Position numbers and translations under genes: made by a program. This document shows, one piece after another, positions 38,066 through 51,073 of a stretch of DNA of 64,000 nucleotides; positions within the stretch are counted from its first letter, which is position 1, and each line of letters begins with the position of its first letter. This DNA comes from Tubiluchus corallicola (Eukaryota > Animalia > Priapulida). A model generated the notes under the pieces. The model did no database searches, was not told the origin of the DNA, and worked only from the letters and a program-made list of their open reading frames with translations. The stretch spans positions 1 to 64,000 of the forward strand of contig JAQGDQ010000835.1 of NCBI GenBank assembly GCA_030141605.1, read 5' to 3'.

Positions 38066-39443
38066 ATAATTATTTTGGTAAATAATCTGCTCAAAAAAAG
38101 TACATTAGAATTATAATGTAAACTATAAATTTGAACATTTTGTAGAAAGGTCATTCTATGTCAAGTTAGCCAAAGACTCCTGGGTTTACCATTTAAAATT
38201 TTGATGAAAACTTGGAAGAAACGCACCTCTACAGGCACAAGGGAAAACCACATAGTTTCAGGGAAATTTTTGTTGCAGGTTCTGAACCTATGATCCTCCA
38301 AATTTTTGGCTTCTCCGTCGCTTTCTTACAGTAGAGATTCGTGAGCAACTTTCAATGGCACAATTTCATTTTTAAAGCAAAAGGCAAGCTAACATCGGTC
38401 ACCCCAGGTAATGTACTTTCAAACATAATATGTAAGTATACAGTGTACTTACATGGTAAGTTTTGATATATCAGAAGTGACCACTGCTTAAGCAGAGAAC
38501 AGCTATGAAGTTACAAAAAACCCAATTTCGGTTGCTTGGATAGGCACTTAAATTTTCTGACCTTAGCTTGTGAAGTAAGACGTGATCCTAGTATTACTTT
38601 GGCTATTTTCATGCAGCAATAAATCTTCTGGGTTTTCAAGTGACAATGACACAAGTGTATGCAAACGGCGTGCGAGGTCAACTATTGATGACATCACAAA
38701 CTAACATCATTTTCAATAACACAAACACTTCATGAGCGTGTTGCATGTGTCTGCGAAAGCGAAAATTGAATTTCACTGCTACTGTAAAATATACTGTTGT
38801 ACTAAGACTCGGCAAATTTTAAGAAGAAAAATTCAAATTTCAAATTTACCACTTTTGCTCACGCATGCGCTGTCAAATGTGTGCAGTTCGTCACAAGCTA
38901 ATGACACAAGTGTTTTGTTCCAAAGTGGGAAATTTTCGGTGCATTAGAGTAACTTAAAAACCTATCTTAGTGTGAGATTTCCACTGTATGTTAAGTAAGG
39001 TAAAGAAATTTTCAAGTTTGGTTTAAACATTGAAGCTGTACCATCTATGTTTTCGCTTAAATCTCTCTTAAATAACGAAAAGTATGCACTTATAGTACTA
39101 ATACTCCATCACAATGCACAAGTCTGAAGTTCTTGCTAAGCAAAAATCACTATTGTTCATAGAGTCTCATCGCTTTCCGTACAAAATGTAGCTAAACACA
39201 AAGTCACACCAACCAGCTAAGGAAGATTCATTCCAAACTATATTGTAAGTACATGTATTATACAGTATATATACAAGCAGTTGTTTCACATGATCACATG
39301 AAGATTTAGTATTTGTATGAGAACATCATTACACCAACTTGCATTTTATGTTTACACGTAGGTAAACTTCACGCACAATATCTAATGAGAATACAGGAAG
39401 AAATACTGGCTAGTTATGGTCCACATTAAAACTGAAAAGTTGT

Positions 39444-39548
39444 TCAAGTCGTCTCCTGACCATCCGATTGGTTATCACCGTCTTGGGTAGGCTGCTGAAT
39501 GTAGACTTGCTGTCCAGTGCCCCCTTGTGGTAACAACTGGTAAACAGT
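39444..39548 (-). CDS. NFYC: NFYC terminal exon ([34 protein letters not shown])
   Basis: Acceptor tttttctcattttatag; composition resembles the NF-YC C-terminus. Confidence 0.78.
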   Translation of the reverse strand, partial: TVYQLLPQGGTGQQVYIQQPTQDGDNQSDGQETT

Positions 39549-42500
39549 CTATAAAATGAGAAAAATTGATTAATTAATTGCACCTGAAATACAGCAATAA
39601 TGTAGCATTTACGGAAAGTGACGACAACTTTAAATAACAATAATCAATTATTGAAATTTGACAAAGGAGTTTAAAATGCAAATCTGTTCATCTGATGATA
39701 ACAATAATAATAATTAAATGAGCCACTAAACCAGCAGAGGTGCCAAAGCCACGTTCCGATGCCACTAAACTGGCAGAAATTGCCTGGCCATACATGTCAT
39801 TGCACCATTGTATCCAAATGTGGCCAAGAAATTTCTGCCAGTTTAGTGGCACGGAATGTGGCTTTGGCACGTCTGCTGGTTTAGTGGCTGATTTAATTAT
39901 ATTATTATTGATATCATCAGCCATTTTATACATACATACGCTTCCTCTACAATGTGCGAAAAGCGAGAATTAATGTCGTAAATGAAACCACTGAGAGTGA
40001 GTAACATGCAGATCACCATTCCATTTACTGACCAGCCTCAGCATCATTCTGATTTACGGTCATTAAATATACAACACCGTGACCACTCGGCTATGTATGT
40101 CGTCTCAAAGTGTAACGTACTTTTGCACGAAATCAGGCCCATTTACTGCATTTACTACTTAAAAAACATTACGTACCTGCCCGGCACTGAACTGTCCACT
40201 TTGGTCTGCTTGTTGAGGCGCTTGCACAACTACCTGCTGACCACCGGGCATTTGAACAACCTGCTGTACTTGCGTTCCCGATGTTTGTAACACCTGTTGC
40301 ACTTGACCGCCAGCTGTTTGTAACACCTGCTGTTGAGGTACCTGTACTATGATTGGTTGGTTTGCGCTCTGCTGCCCTAGCTGCATGCGAATCATTTGAA
40401 GCTGACTTTGGGTTAACTGTATCTGTAAAAGAAAGTCACTTCTGAGATAAATTACAGCCAAATACACTTAAAGGAAGACCAGACGATTGTTTAGATTTAA
40501 TCTCATTTTAATTTACTGTCCAAAATATACATTTTCTTGCCTATAAACGTTAACAATTGTTTCTTGTATTTGAATAATAAGCTTAGAAAGTTAATTAACG
40601 GCAACCGAACACAGCTATTGTTTACGTCAGAAACTAACCACAGTTTGTGCAATGGCAGTCATCTTCCCTTGTGCATCAAGCATGTTTGTGTAAGTGTTAC
40701 TGTTTAAACGCGTGATGTCACGAAAATGGGCTCTGCGTCGTATGACGTCAGAAGCTAACACTGCAGTTCATGATCATGGTTATCACGGCACCGCCTTCTA
40801 TTTGTTGGCCACGCGCATGTGACGAAAAGGCGCCGCTGCCAATCTTAGTAGATTCGCTGGGCCGCTCGTAGCTTTCAAAGTTTAACAAATTTTGAGCATC
40901 CGAGGTAATTATTATTTAATCTAAGCTTTGATTTAAAAAAAGCTATTGTAGCTATTCTCGAGTTTACACAATCGTCCGGTTTTCCTTTATGACTAACCTG
41001 CTTAATTCTCATTTACTATTTATATCAGATATAATAACATGAACGACACAGTAAAAATAGTTGTGAAATTTATTCTGAACATGTCAGCTGTCCTAGTAGC
41101 CACCCCTGGCAAATTAAAACCCATAAATAAGACCAGAAGGGACTTACATTTTAGAAATCCAAGTGGTAACCCAACTGACAACAAAAATATAAAACAAATG
41201 TATTTTTTTTATTAAATAAACATACAACAAGCAATACAACACATCAGGATCTATTAAAAAATTAAAGCTAAAGTTTCATGACAGATATCTCAATACTTCG
41301 ACCTTCTAAGACAGCCATTCTCAAAAGTGAGGAAATCTGATTTATCTGTCAGTAAATCATCTTCTGAACCCAAGATGATGACAATATACCAAAAAAAACC
41401 GGCATTATATTTTTTCTAGCAAGTTTAGCAACATGATATTATTATCAAAATAAGCTTGGAAAAATCCAGTATCCTGCTAGTAAAATTCTAGACTAACACT
41501 ACTACAGTAAAAAGAAAATAATCAATTCTTACTGGAATTTGCTGTAAATCGTCACCACCTCCGACTTGCTGTATAATCTGTGCACCGGGCGTCTGACCGC
41601 CGGCCAACTGTAAGATTTGCTGACCACTTATAGTTTGTACTGGTTGTGCTGGTACTGCAGTGCTGGATTCTGTTGTTGTTGCAATTGCTGTGACCTAGAG
41701 AATTAATGTGAAGACATACATAAATTTATATATATAGAGAGAGATTTTCGTGTTTCTAATTTTCTAATCTGGCAATCCTATACTGAACCCAGGCCATTTA
41801 CACGTAGTGCAACGCCTTATCCACTCTCCTACAACCTTGCTACAAGTATCGAGAAAGATATAATAATATAATCCACTAATGTTATAATATACGAAATATA
41901 GTCAACCTCGGGTATGAGCTACTCGCTTATAAGGGGCCACCAACACCGGACCCGATTTTTCGTAACGTTTTTCCTTATAAAAATCTTTGTATATAAGGTA
42001 CTCGGATATAAGGGACTTTCGGTTATAAGGTACCATATCTCGCATATAAGGGACCGTATAATCAAAGCGAAATTGATCGTTTTTTAACCTGAATTTTTCT
42101 CAAACTCGGCCTTCGAACAGCTCAGATTCCGCGGTCACACACATTTCGCATCATTGAAGGAGCTTCCTACATACCGTTCGCACTGAATGTGTAGCAATAA
42201 TCCATAAAAATATGGGTAAAGCGCAGAAAAGTACAGGTCTAGACACACCCTCGGTCTGATTCAACTTTGTCTATAAGGGACATTGGATATAAGGGACGAT
42301 TTTTTCCGGTCCGGAGCTGTCCCTTACATCCGAGGTTGACTGTAGTTAAACTTACCGTTTGAGCCAACTGTTGTTGCTGCTGCTGCTGCTGCTGTTGTTG
42401 TTGTTGTTGTTGTTGTTGCTGAAGAGCTTGTTGGGTTTGTTGTGCCAGAGTAAAGTAGTACTGTACTTGTTCTGGAACCATGGATGCAGTACGAGTAGTT

Positions 42501-45500
42501 TCCTCCTATTAAACAATGAATACAGTCTCAGTTAGAATGCGAAATAAGTTCAATTAGCTACTAAATGCCGTGTATGATATCAATAAGCTTTAGTGTCTGT
42601 TCATTAAACTTGTTACAATATCAGACGGTTTTCACACCTCACTTAACATTAAAAGGAAAGCAGGATGATTTTTCATATACTACCCCACTTTCAAATCAGA
42701 TAAAAAGTAAACATTTCAACACAATTAATACTGCAAAATTGTTTCTGATAATTAAATAATAGACTAAAGACTTAATTAACGGAGCGCGAGCCCAAATATT
42801 GATGACATCGTAAACTAATAATTTTCAACATCAAAAATATTCCGTGAGCATGTTGCACGTGTTTGCGAAAGCGAAAATTTAGTACAGTGCTACTGTAAGA
42901 TATTCAGTGTGCTGTACTAGAACTAGGCAAGTTTTAAGATAAAAATTCAAATTTCAAATTTACTGCTGTGTTGTCAAGCGTACGAGCTGTCGAAAGTGCA
43001 TAGTTCGTCAAACACATTTGAACAAAAAATGTGAAAAAACTGTTGGCATATGTTTTGCTATATTAAAGAAAAACCGGGCGATTGTTTAGACTCAATCCCA
43101 TTTTAATTTACTGTCCAAAATATATATTTTCTGGCCTATAAAAGTTAACAATTGTTTCTTATATTTGAATAATTAGCTTAGAAAGTTAATTAATGGCAAC
43201 CGAGCACAGCTCTTGCTTGCATCAGAAACTAACCACAGTTTGTGCAATGGCAGGCATCTTCTCTGCGCGTCAAGCACGTTTGCATAAGTGTTACTGCTTA
43301 AATGCGTGATGTCCTGAAAATGGGCTTTACATCATATGACGTCAGAAACTAACACTGCAGTTCATGATTGTGCTTATCATGGTACCGCCTTCTATTTGTC
43401 GACCACGCGAATGTGACAAAAAGGCGCCGTTGCCAATCTTAGTAGATTCACTGAGCACATGAATGATGACATGAAAAATGATGTACATTACACGCGTAGC
43501 TTTGAAAGTTGAACAAAATTTGAGTAGCCGAGGTAATTATTATTTAATCTAAGCTTTGATTTAAAATAAGCTATTGTAGTTTTCAATATACTTTATTCTG
43601 AACTAATGTTTACACAATCATCCGGTTTTATTTTAAGATAAAGCCGAGTAAATTGCCCTGCCCAGCGTCACTTGAAAGAAGCTGCCTTTCTGATGCACTT
43701 CACAAACTCTTAACAGCTGCCTGCATCAACGGCAGGAAAGGGTTAGGCAAGACCGAGTGTCAGCCTATCTCATGACTATTAAAAGTTATACGCTCAGATC
43801 TCGGTTTGCCGAACAAAAGTGGGGAAACACGGTTCGAATTTGCCGATTATCCGTATTTACCGATACTGAGCTAATACAGTAGGTGCATTGTATTAGACTC
43901 ACGGGAAGAATCAATTGCTTAATTTTCTCGATTCTTCCGATGTCCATAAAATCGAGGATTGGCAAACCGAGAGATGATCGTAACTTGAAATTTTGATTTT
44001 CGATACGATTTTTCACCAATAATTGAATTCTGTGGTTATCACTGACACTCTAGTCTAGTCTAAAATGTTTTTTGTTTTGGTACTTACTCTTTTTGTTGAT
44101 GGAGGTTTGAGCTCCTCTCTTGGTACAATGTCAATCAAAAAGTCGAATTGATCATACTTAGAAATGGCCATTGCTATGTCATTTCTCTGCACAAAGTCAA
44201 AAAATTAATGAAGGTAATTAAGTCTATTAGGTCGGACATCAGTGTACGCTAAACGCTCTGCCTAAAAACTTTCCAAAATCTTAAAAAAAGATTTAGATTT
44301 TGTCAGGCCCTTGTTAACCCTAAACGCTTCAATGTCACAAAGTTGTATAAAAGAAATTTTTGTTGAAAACTCCTTGTGCCGTGTAAAGCTGAAAGCACAA
44401 GTCAGAAAATGAAGTCACAAACTCTTATAACAGACAATGATATTAAAATATTCTTAATTAAATTTTTTTCGTAGCATAATAAAATAGAAAAATTACTATT
44501 ACTATAATATTATATAACGATACCAGAATTTATTCATTTAACCATACACTCCTACACAACGCAAGACAGAATCTAACATTCAAAAGCATGGCCTAATAAA
44601 CAAGTCATTAGTTCTGCTGACTGGATTCTGGTTCGATGCTAGAAGATCCCTCTTTACATGAGCCACTAAACTAGCAGAAGTATTTCTGCATATGTGTGCT
44701 TGCATAGCAAAGTCGACCATAAGTCGGCAATTAAACTTTTCTAGTTATTCACATATGCATGAATCTCCATTTCATGAGGATCATTTTGATACCAAGCTCA
44801 TCGCTCTATGTTATTTCTAAGCAGAGATAATTCACATTGAATTTATGGTGCACTGAAAAACATAACCTGAGAAAATCTCTGTTAAACTTAGCCATTGTTT
44901 TTTGTAGCGTTTCTATAAAACACTTAGCAACCGCACAAAAGGTTGGCTGCTATGGACTTTGCAAGAACACAGTGAAGTTATGTTTAAATCCAGTAGGTGG
45001 CTCTTCCTGACAAAGATCTGGGCTTGGCAACAGAAAAAACATGAAGCAAAATGGCTGCTTCCACGAGCTACTATTGGAGTTTGAAAATACAAGTTTTATG
45101 CAATTTGCAATACTAGTTTCTAGACAGATAAATGGGTACGGGGTTACAAAATTAGATTTTTAGTATTTTTTATGATAATTTGAGGTTAGAATATAATAGT
45201 CCAATATATTTAGCGTTTATAAAAAACAAAAATTGACATTTGACCAAATTTTTGGCAGTCTACATTGAAGCATCATAATGTAGTTTTAACTATGCCGTCT
45301 CGTGGACGGTTTTGGTTTGCAAGCACACATATATGCATCCTCAATTCACATGGTAGACAGCCAAGGTTTACCTCATAACGCTGCCTAGAGAGTATTGAAC
45401 CCTGACAGTCACATGACAATCACATAAAGCGTGTGAGTCTGTCCACAAATGAAAAGCGGTTAATCAAGCGAAGTTACGTTCTCCCTACCCCTACCAAGTG

Positions 45501-48346
45501 TCGCACATATTGGTAAATCATTTCATCGAGTAAGATAGCGGCGCTGGAATGAAAAAGCCTCGGATGGGAGGTATAAGGCACGAGTGAAATAATAATTTTA
45601 GAATTGTGGTAAGACTCGCGCTGGATACTTTTTCTAAAACTTGTTTAAACTTTTCAAGTTAAACAATTTTAGATGCCATGTATCTGTTTAATTTTTGAGT
45701 GTTTTATTAACTATTTTTCAGCTGTCCCAATACAACTCTGCCATTATCAGACCAAAATATAAAAACAGTTGGCAATTCGCTTTGTTACAGTATACATTTT
45801 GAAGGTGACAAAAGGATTTATTTTACATTAATTGCACTTAGGCTTTTGCTTTAAAAGTGCCATTTAAATTGAATATAGGTAATCAAATTAACTCGAGTTG
45901 TATATTTGTAATCGTACTTGACTTAGAGAAAAATGTCTAACCGCACGCCCACTAGTATCCATTCAGCCATGAACCCCGCCCACTATGCAAAGGCTATGTA
46001 TAACTTCAATATTATTTATTGATGGGAAATTGAAATTTACACGGTAAGCTTATATTTTTATTTACCACTAAATTAAATGAGGATTCAAAGGAATAGTTAG
46101 CAACTTTGCAAACATGTGAAAAACTTGTGCACTTTTCCTTTAACTAACCTGTAATGTTCGCCGCTTGTTGTCTTCAGTATGAATCCAAGATCGAAGCGTC
46201 AGTTCTTCAATAAAGATTTCTGCAGCTTTTGCAAAAAGAACTGGAGCTTCTGCACTGATCATTTTTACATCTTCATCCAACTTCATAATTTTCTTTATTC
46301 TGGCAAGTGGCAACTCTTGCATTTTAAAATCATTCTGAAAAGGCATGTAGTAAAACATACAGACAGAAGGGTAGTGCTATATTTTACAAATTTGCAGTAA
46401 AATGTACAGACACAGGCATTTTTAAAATTCACTTTCCGAATTATTAACACGAAGATTTCAATTTCAACACTGTGTACTTGAACAGGTAAAAAGAATTATT
46501 ACCACACAAACACAATTTCACATTTGCGCCACTAGTTTTTCACTGTTACATGCATTTCACCATTTGCTGGTTAGATGGGCAGTAGAGCCTGCATTTCAAA
46601 AACGCATTGCACAAAAAATAGGTGCTGTACCTCTCAGTTCAGATATGCCAATTTGTGACGAATTACACAAGTTCGACAGCTCATGCATAACACAGCGGTA
46701 AATTTAAAGCTTGAATTTTTATCTTAAAATTTGCCTAGTTCTAGTACAACACACTGAATCTCTTACAGTAGCACCGCACTTCAATTTTCACTTTTGCAAA
46801 CACGCGCAACACGTCCGTGGAATATTTCTGCTGTTGAAAATTATGTTAGTTTGTGATGTCATCAATAGTTGAGCTCGCCCGCTGCTAATTAAGTTTTTAA
46901 CCTTTTATTTAATTATCAGAAACACTTTTGCAATAATGTTGGTTTTAAAATGTATACTTTTTATCGGACTTGAAAATGGGGTTGTATATAAAAAATTATC
47001 CTATCTTCCTTTAACATTTCTGTCAAATGAGACCTCAATTCATAATTACATATCTACGATATTTTTACATCACAATTATAATTATTTTGGTAAATAATCT
47101 AGTCAAAAAAGTATATCAGAATTATATTGTAAACTATAAATTTGAATATTTTGTAGAAAGGTCAATGTCAAGTAAGTCAAAGACTCCTGGGTTTACCATC
47201 TACAATTTTGATGAAAACTTGGAAGAAATACAGCTCTACAGGCACAAGGGAAAACCACGTAGTTTCAGGGAAATTTTTGTTGCGGGTTCTGAACTATGAC
47301 CCTCCAAATTTCCACCACCATTACACCAACTTGCATTTCATGTTCACGTGTAGATTCAGTATTTGTATGCGAACATCATTACACCAACTTGCATTTCATA
47401 GTTGGGCTCGCCCGCCATTAATTAAGATTTTAATCTATTGTTTAATTATTAGAAACGCTTTTGCAACATTAACTGTGCTAAAATATACATTTTTTATCGG
47501 ACACCAAAATGGGATAATATATGAAAAATCATCTTGTCTTTCTTTAAAGACATTTCATAACCTTGAAATGTAATTTTCCTAAGAAGTAAGATATGGGAGC
47601 AGCTATAAGTAGCAAATGCTATTCATTAGCCAGACTACGTCTAATAAATGTACTGTGTGTAGATTACTGAGAAAACGAATCTGTTATTATTGACAATATT
47701 TACAGTCTGTATAAAATACACAGGATGGTGTTTATTGAAATCTGCATCAAATCGGATGTTTTGTATATCTTGTAGGCTCTGTTCAAATAACACGACGCAT
47801 GATAAGGTAGTGAAGGTGTTATTATCGGAGCTATGACAGGCTCAAAACTTAACCATGTCAGGTCATGCGACAGATCCAAAGCTACTTCTGGATTTGTTAT
47901 TTAAAGGCCTACATAACCCCAAAAAACAATGAAATTTTTTAACGCATTTTTATGATTAAACAAAGAATTCATAGTTATTATTAAACAAAAGAGACTTGTA
48001 AATTAAATATTCAATTCTGGGCTCTAGGAATTTACAGTTAAGAACAGATAAGGCAGAAAAACATGAGCAACTACAAAATTAAAGTTGTAAACAATTCTCT
48101 ACATATTGAAAACATTGTAACAGACATTTAATTCACATGCCGCCGCATTTCCGGTGGAAAAAATTGTCAAATTTGCATTCAGTGACTTATATCTAGCATG
48201 TCCTACTAGCATTTCTAGTAACTTACATTTCCAAAGCTTTGCATCTTGTCTGCCTGCTTTGTCCAAAAGTTCTGAAGCAGGGCCTGCGCTTCCGTGCCGC
48301 CAATGCCCGGCAGATCAACCGTGAATGTAGGATTAGTCTGCGTCAT
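39444..48346 (-). CDS. NFYC: Nuclear transcription factor Y subunit gamma (NF-YC / HAP5), 355 aa; complement(join(39444..39548,40177..40422,41533..41694,42356..42505,44088..44186,46149..46334,48227..48346))
   Basis: Histone fold [56 protein letters not shown]|[23 protein letters not shown], then QYYFTLAQQ and a Q-rich activation tail; all introns are phase-0 GT-AG. Confidence 0.95.
39692..39920. mobile_element. Foldback/palindromic MITE in the last NFYC intron
   Basis: About 100-bp inverted arms (ctgatgata..agccactaaaccagcaga.gtgccaaagccac.ttccg / cggaatgtggctttggcac.tctgctggtttagtggct..tatcatcag); arm fragment also at ~44660. Confidence 0.8.
40177..40422 (-). CDS. NFYC: NFYC Q-rich exon ([14 protein letters not shown]...SAGQ)
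   Basis: Acceptor cttttacag, donor gtacgt. Confidence 0.88.
40472..40986 (-). mobile_element. Kolobok-like MITE family A copy
   Basis: Reverse complement of 23619-24166. Confidence 0.8.
41533..41694 (-). CDS. NFYC: NFYC exon (VTAIATTT...GQQILQL...LQQIP)
   Basis: Acceptor ctctag, donor gtaag, 162 nt open. Confidence 0.85.
41770..41836 (-). mobile_element. tRNA-like SINE head
   Basis: The - strand reads ggttgtaggagagtggataaggcgttg...ctgggttcagtat (A/B-box-like). Confidence 0.4.
41899..42342. mobile_element. Tigger/pogo-like MITE
   Basis: TIR (c/t)agtcaacctcgg / ccgaggttgactg, TA flanks, repeated ataaggg subterminal motifs. Confidence 0.8.
42356..42505 (-). CDS. NFYC: NFYC exon with QYYFTLAQQ and an 18-Q tract
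   Basis: Acceptor aatag, donor gtaagt. Confidence 0.9.
43067..43632 (-). mobile_element. Kolobok-like MITE family A copy
   Basis: Nearly the same as 40472-40986; TTAA flanks. Confidence 0.8.
44088..44186 (-). CDS. NFYC: NFYC exon ([33 protein letters not shown])
   Basis: Acceptor tgtgcag, donor gtaagt. Confidence 0.95.
44694..45328 (+). mobile_element. Sola1-like non-autonomous DNA transposon
   Basis: TIR gtgtgcttgca.a.caaa / ttttggtttgcaagcacac; 4-bp TSD ATAT. Confidence 0.75.
46149..46334 (-). CDS. NFYC: NFYC histone-fold exon
   Basis: Acceptor tttcag, donor gttagt; [11 protein letters not shown]. Confidence 0.97.
46480..47010 (-). mobile_element. Kolobok-like MITE family B copy
   Basis: Ends atcttcct|ttaa; reverse complement of 24449-24970. 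Confidence 0.75.
48227..48346 (-). CDS. NFYC: NFYC first coding exon (MTQTNPTF...[13 protein letters not shown]...GN)
   Basis: Acceptor ttgtag|ttATG, donor gtaagt; AQ.LLQ.FW matches the NF-YC N-terminus. Confidence 0.88.
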
Positions 48347-48529
48347 AACTACAACTTATGTCATTCTATGACTTTACGACAGCACTGCACAAAAATCTGA
48401 ATCAATTTAAAATTCTTTAAGTACACTGTGCTAGTTAAGAAGCTTGAATAATTCAACTGTATCTTAATGGTACCTGTAAATTAACAATAATAAGCTGACA
48501 GTCAGCATACTAAAATCATTATATAATTT

Positions 48530-49150
48530 GTGTGCTTGCATAGCAAAATCGTCTATAACTCGGCAATTAAGATTTTCTAATTATTCACATATCCTGAATT
48601 TCCATTTCATGAGGATCATTTTGATACCAAGTTCATTGCTCTATGTTATTTCTAAGTTGAGATAATCCACGTTGAAGTTGAGGTGCAGGCTAGGCACTGA
48701 AAAATGCTGTTAAAATCAGCCATTGTTTTTTGTCGTGTCTCTATAAAAAATACTTAGCAACCGTAAGAAAGTGTGGTTGCTATGGATTTTGCAACAGCAA
48801 CTTGAAGTTACCTTTAAATCCAGTAGATGGCTCTTCCTGACGTTGATCTGGTTTTGTCAACGAAAAAACTTGAGGCAAAATGGCTGCTTCCACGAGCTAC
48901 AAGATTTTTACAATTGCAATACTATCTAGACAGAAAAGTGAGTAAGGAGTTATAAAATTAGATTTTTAGTATTTTTTGGACATTTTCCTTATAATCTGAT
49001 GCTAGAATATATAAATCCGATATATTTAGCATTTGTTTTCATAAAAAATAAAAATTTGACCAAATTTTTGGTGCTTTCTACTTTGAAGCATCTTTAACTA
49101 TGTAGTTTTAACTATGTCGACTTATGGACGGTTTTGGTTTGCAAGCACGC
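48530..49150 (+). mobile_element. Sola1-like non-autonomous DNA transposon
   Basis: Same TIRs; 4-bp TSD ATTT on both sides. Confidence 0.75.
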
Positions 49151-50199
49151 ATTTTACTAATAATCTGAAGACGAAGATTTGGTCATGCCTTGCATGGCAT
49201 GCGCGCATGCAGTGAAACGATTCGATTCGGACGTGGTGATGAAGCAACTAGCACAGCAGTGTGTAGTTTTTTTGCTGGATTATTGCTATGTGTATCTGTC
49301 TGAAGGGCAGATTTCTTTTGCCTTAGAATTCTGCCTCCCCAATGTCGAATTAATTTGGTACCCTATATTGATCATACCATGACAACTTCCACTTGTGAGA
49401 CAACATAAATGTTAAACATAAGAGAGAAAACTTGTGATAAAACTATTAGAAGAGGTTTATTAAGAGAGACAACTATCGGCAAAAAGCCTACTTATAGGTA
49501 ATCTAGGTAATATTAGTTTATTAGTTTATATTTATTCCATTTGCCATGACCAAATAATACATAAATATGGTGAAAATACAAAATACAGAATTAAAAGAAA
49601 CAAGCATGTAAATAATAAAGTTGATTAATGGATTGCTGGGGCTGTCCAAAAAGAAAACTTGTAAAGGTCAGGCCCAATATGGCAAACAGAAAAACGTAGG
49701 TGCAAGAATAAAAGGTGGTTGATGGGAAAGAGTACGAAAAGTGAAAGGACACGAAAAATGTAATATAAAAGTGAGAAAAGAATAAAAACGTAAAAAATTA
49801 GAATCACGTGAGCTAAGAATGTAAAAAATGTAAACAAATCAGCAAGGCAAACACAACTGCAAATGTTGAGAGGAGTCAGATTATGTCCACCAACCTACAA
49901 AATTTCTTTTAGTTCTTCTTGTTGTGGAGTATAGTCCATTCTTGTTCACCTTTGAGTGCGATATGAAACATTACAGATTATAAATGTTTGGATTATGGTC
50001 CATAATAAAAAGTTTGAGGCTTTTTTATATTTATAAAAACTATATATATATATATATATGTGTATCATTTTTATTCGTACTCGCGGTACAATCACATCCA
50101 ATAAATAAACAGATCAACGAGCAAAATAACATTAATTAGCAAGATTAGCAAGCAATGTGAATATATACAATTAAGTGAGAGTAAGATATGTTAGTATGG

Positions 50200-51072
50200 C
50201 ATACAACTCATTTCATCAAACCAATTACGTTCTAGAGCCCATATAACTTCTGTAATGAAATTTACAGTCCGTATTTGTTCATTGCTAGCATTACCTCTTA
50301 CATCTGATGTATAAAAAAAAACTTTGGAAAGAAAATTTTCATTTTGTGTAAAAAGTTTTGTACTCATTATAAATAGATAATAAATTAGAATCCATTATAG
50401 AAGAGGCATGAAATTGAGAATTATGTGCAAAGAAATTGGCTATATGATTTTCACTATATAAGCAACTATGGTAAAATTTAACAAATCGTTTTTGTAGTTG
50501 TTTAAGTGGAGGAACAATACCACATATAAAAGGAAGACAGTATCTGTGTGACCTAAACGGCAAATTCCAAAGTTTTCTTACTGCAACAGTCTAAGCTGTA
50601 CTTAATTTGGAAATTTTACTATCGAGTTTCCAGGTTTGACCTCCGTAGTAACTGTGACAGTAGCTACGGAAGACACGTGATTTTAAATCTGTGTATACGT
50701 AGGAAAAATTAGCAATAACATAATTAGGTAGGTATATAAAATGACTGAGTTTATCACAAATGTCATCATCATCTTGTAAATCAAAAGTTAAAATGTGACC
50801 CGGTGAGTAACCTGATTGCAAAAAGGCAATGGCCTGTTTTCAAGTAAAATTAGATGATTAATTGTTTTGTTTTACTTTACATTTACCATTTCTAAAAATA
50901 ATACACTTACTTTTTACCTTACTATTTTGCATATTAGAGAAATTTATATTGAAATGATTACCATAATTTTCACATATAGTTACCATATATTGCAAAGATT
51001 TAGCAGTAGGTGGGAGCAATGATACATCATCTGCGTAGCCGAGGGCCCCAGTATAAATGTTGCCAACCTTAT
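50200..51072 (-). mobile_element. Decayed LINE RT 3' fragment
   Basis: GNIYTGALGYADDVSLLPP..LQYMVTICENYG; GHIL; FRSYCHSYYGGQTW; P.RSHRY.LP. Confidence 0.8.
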
Positions 51073-51073
51073 G

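Noticed and set aside
39688-39973. Overlapping 81-aa and 77-aa ORFs sharing [10 protein letters not shown]
   Set aside because: Artefact of the palindromic MITE read on both strands
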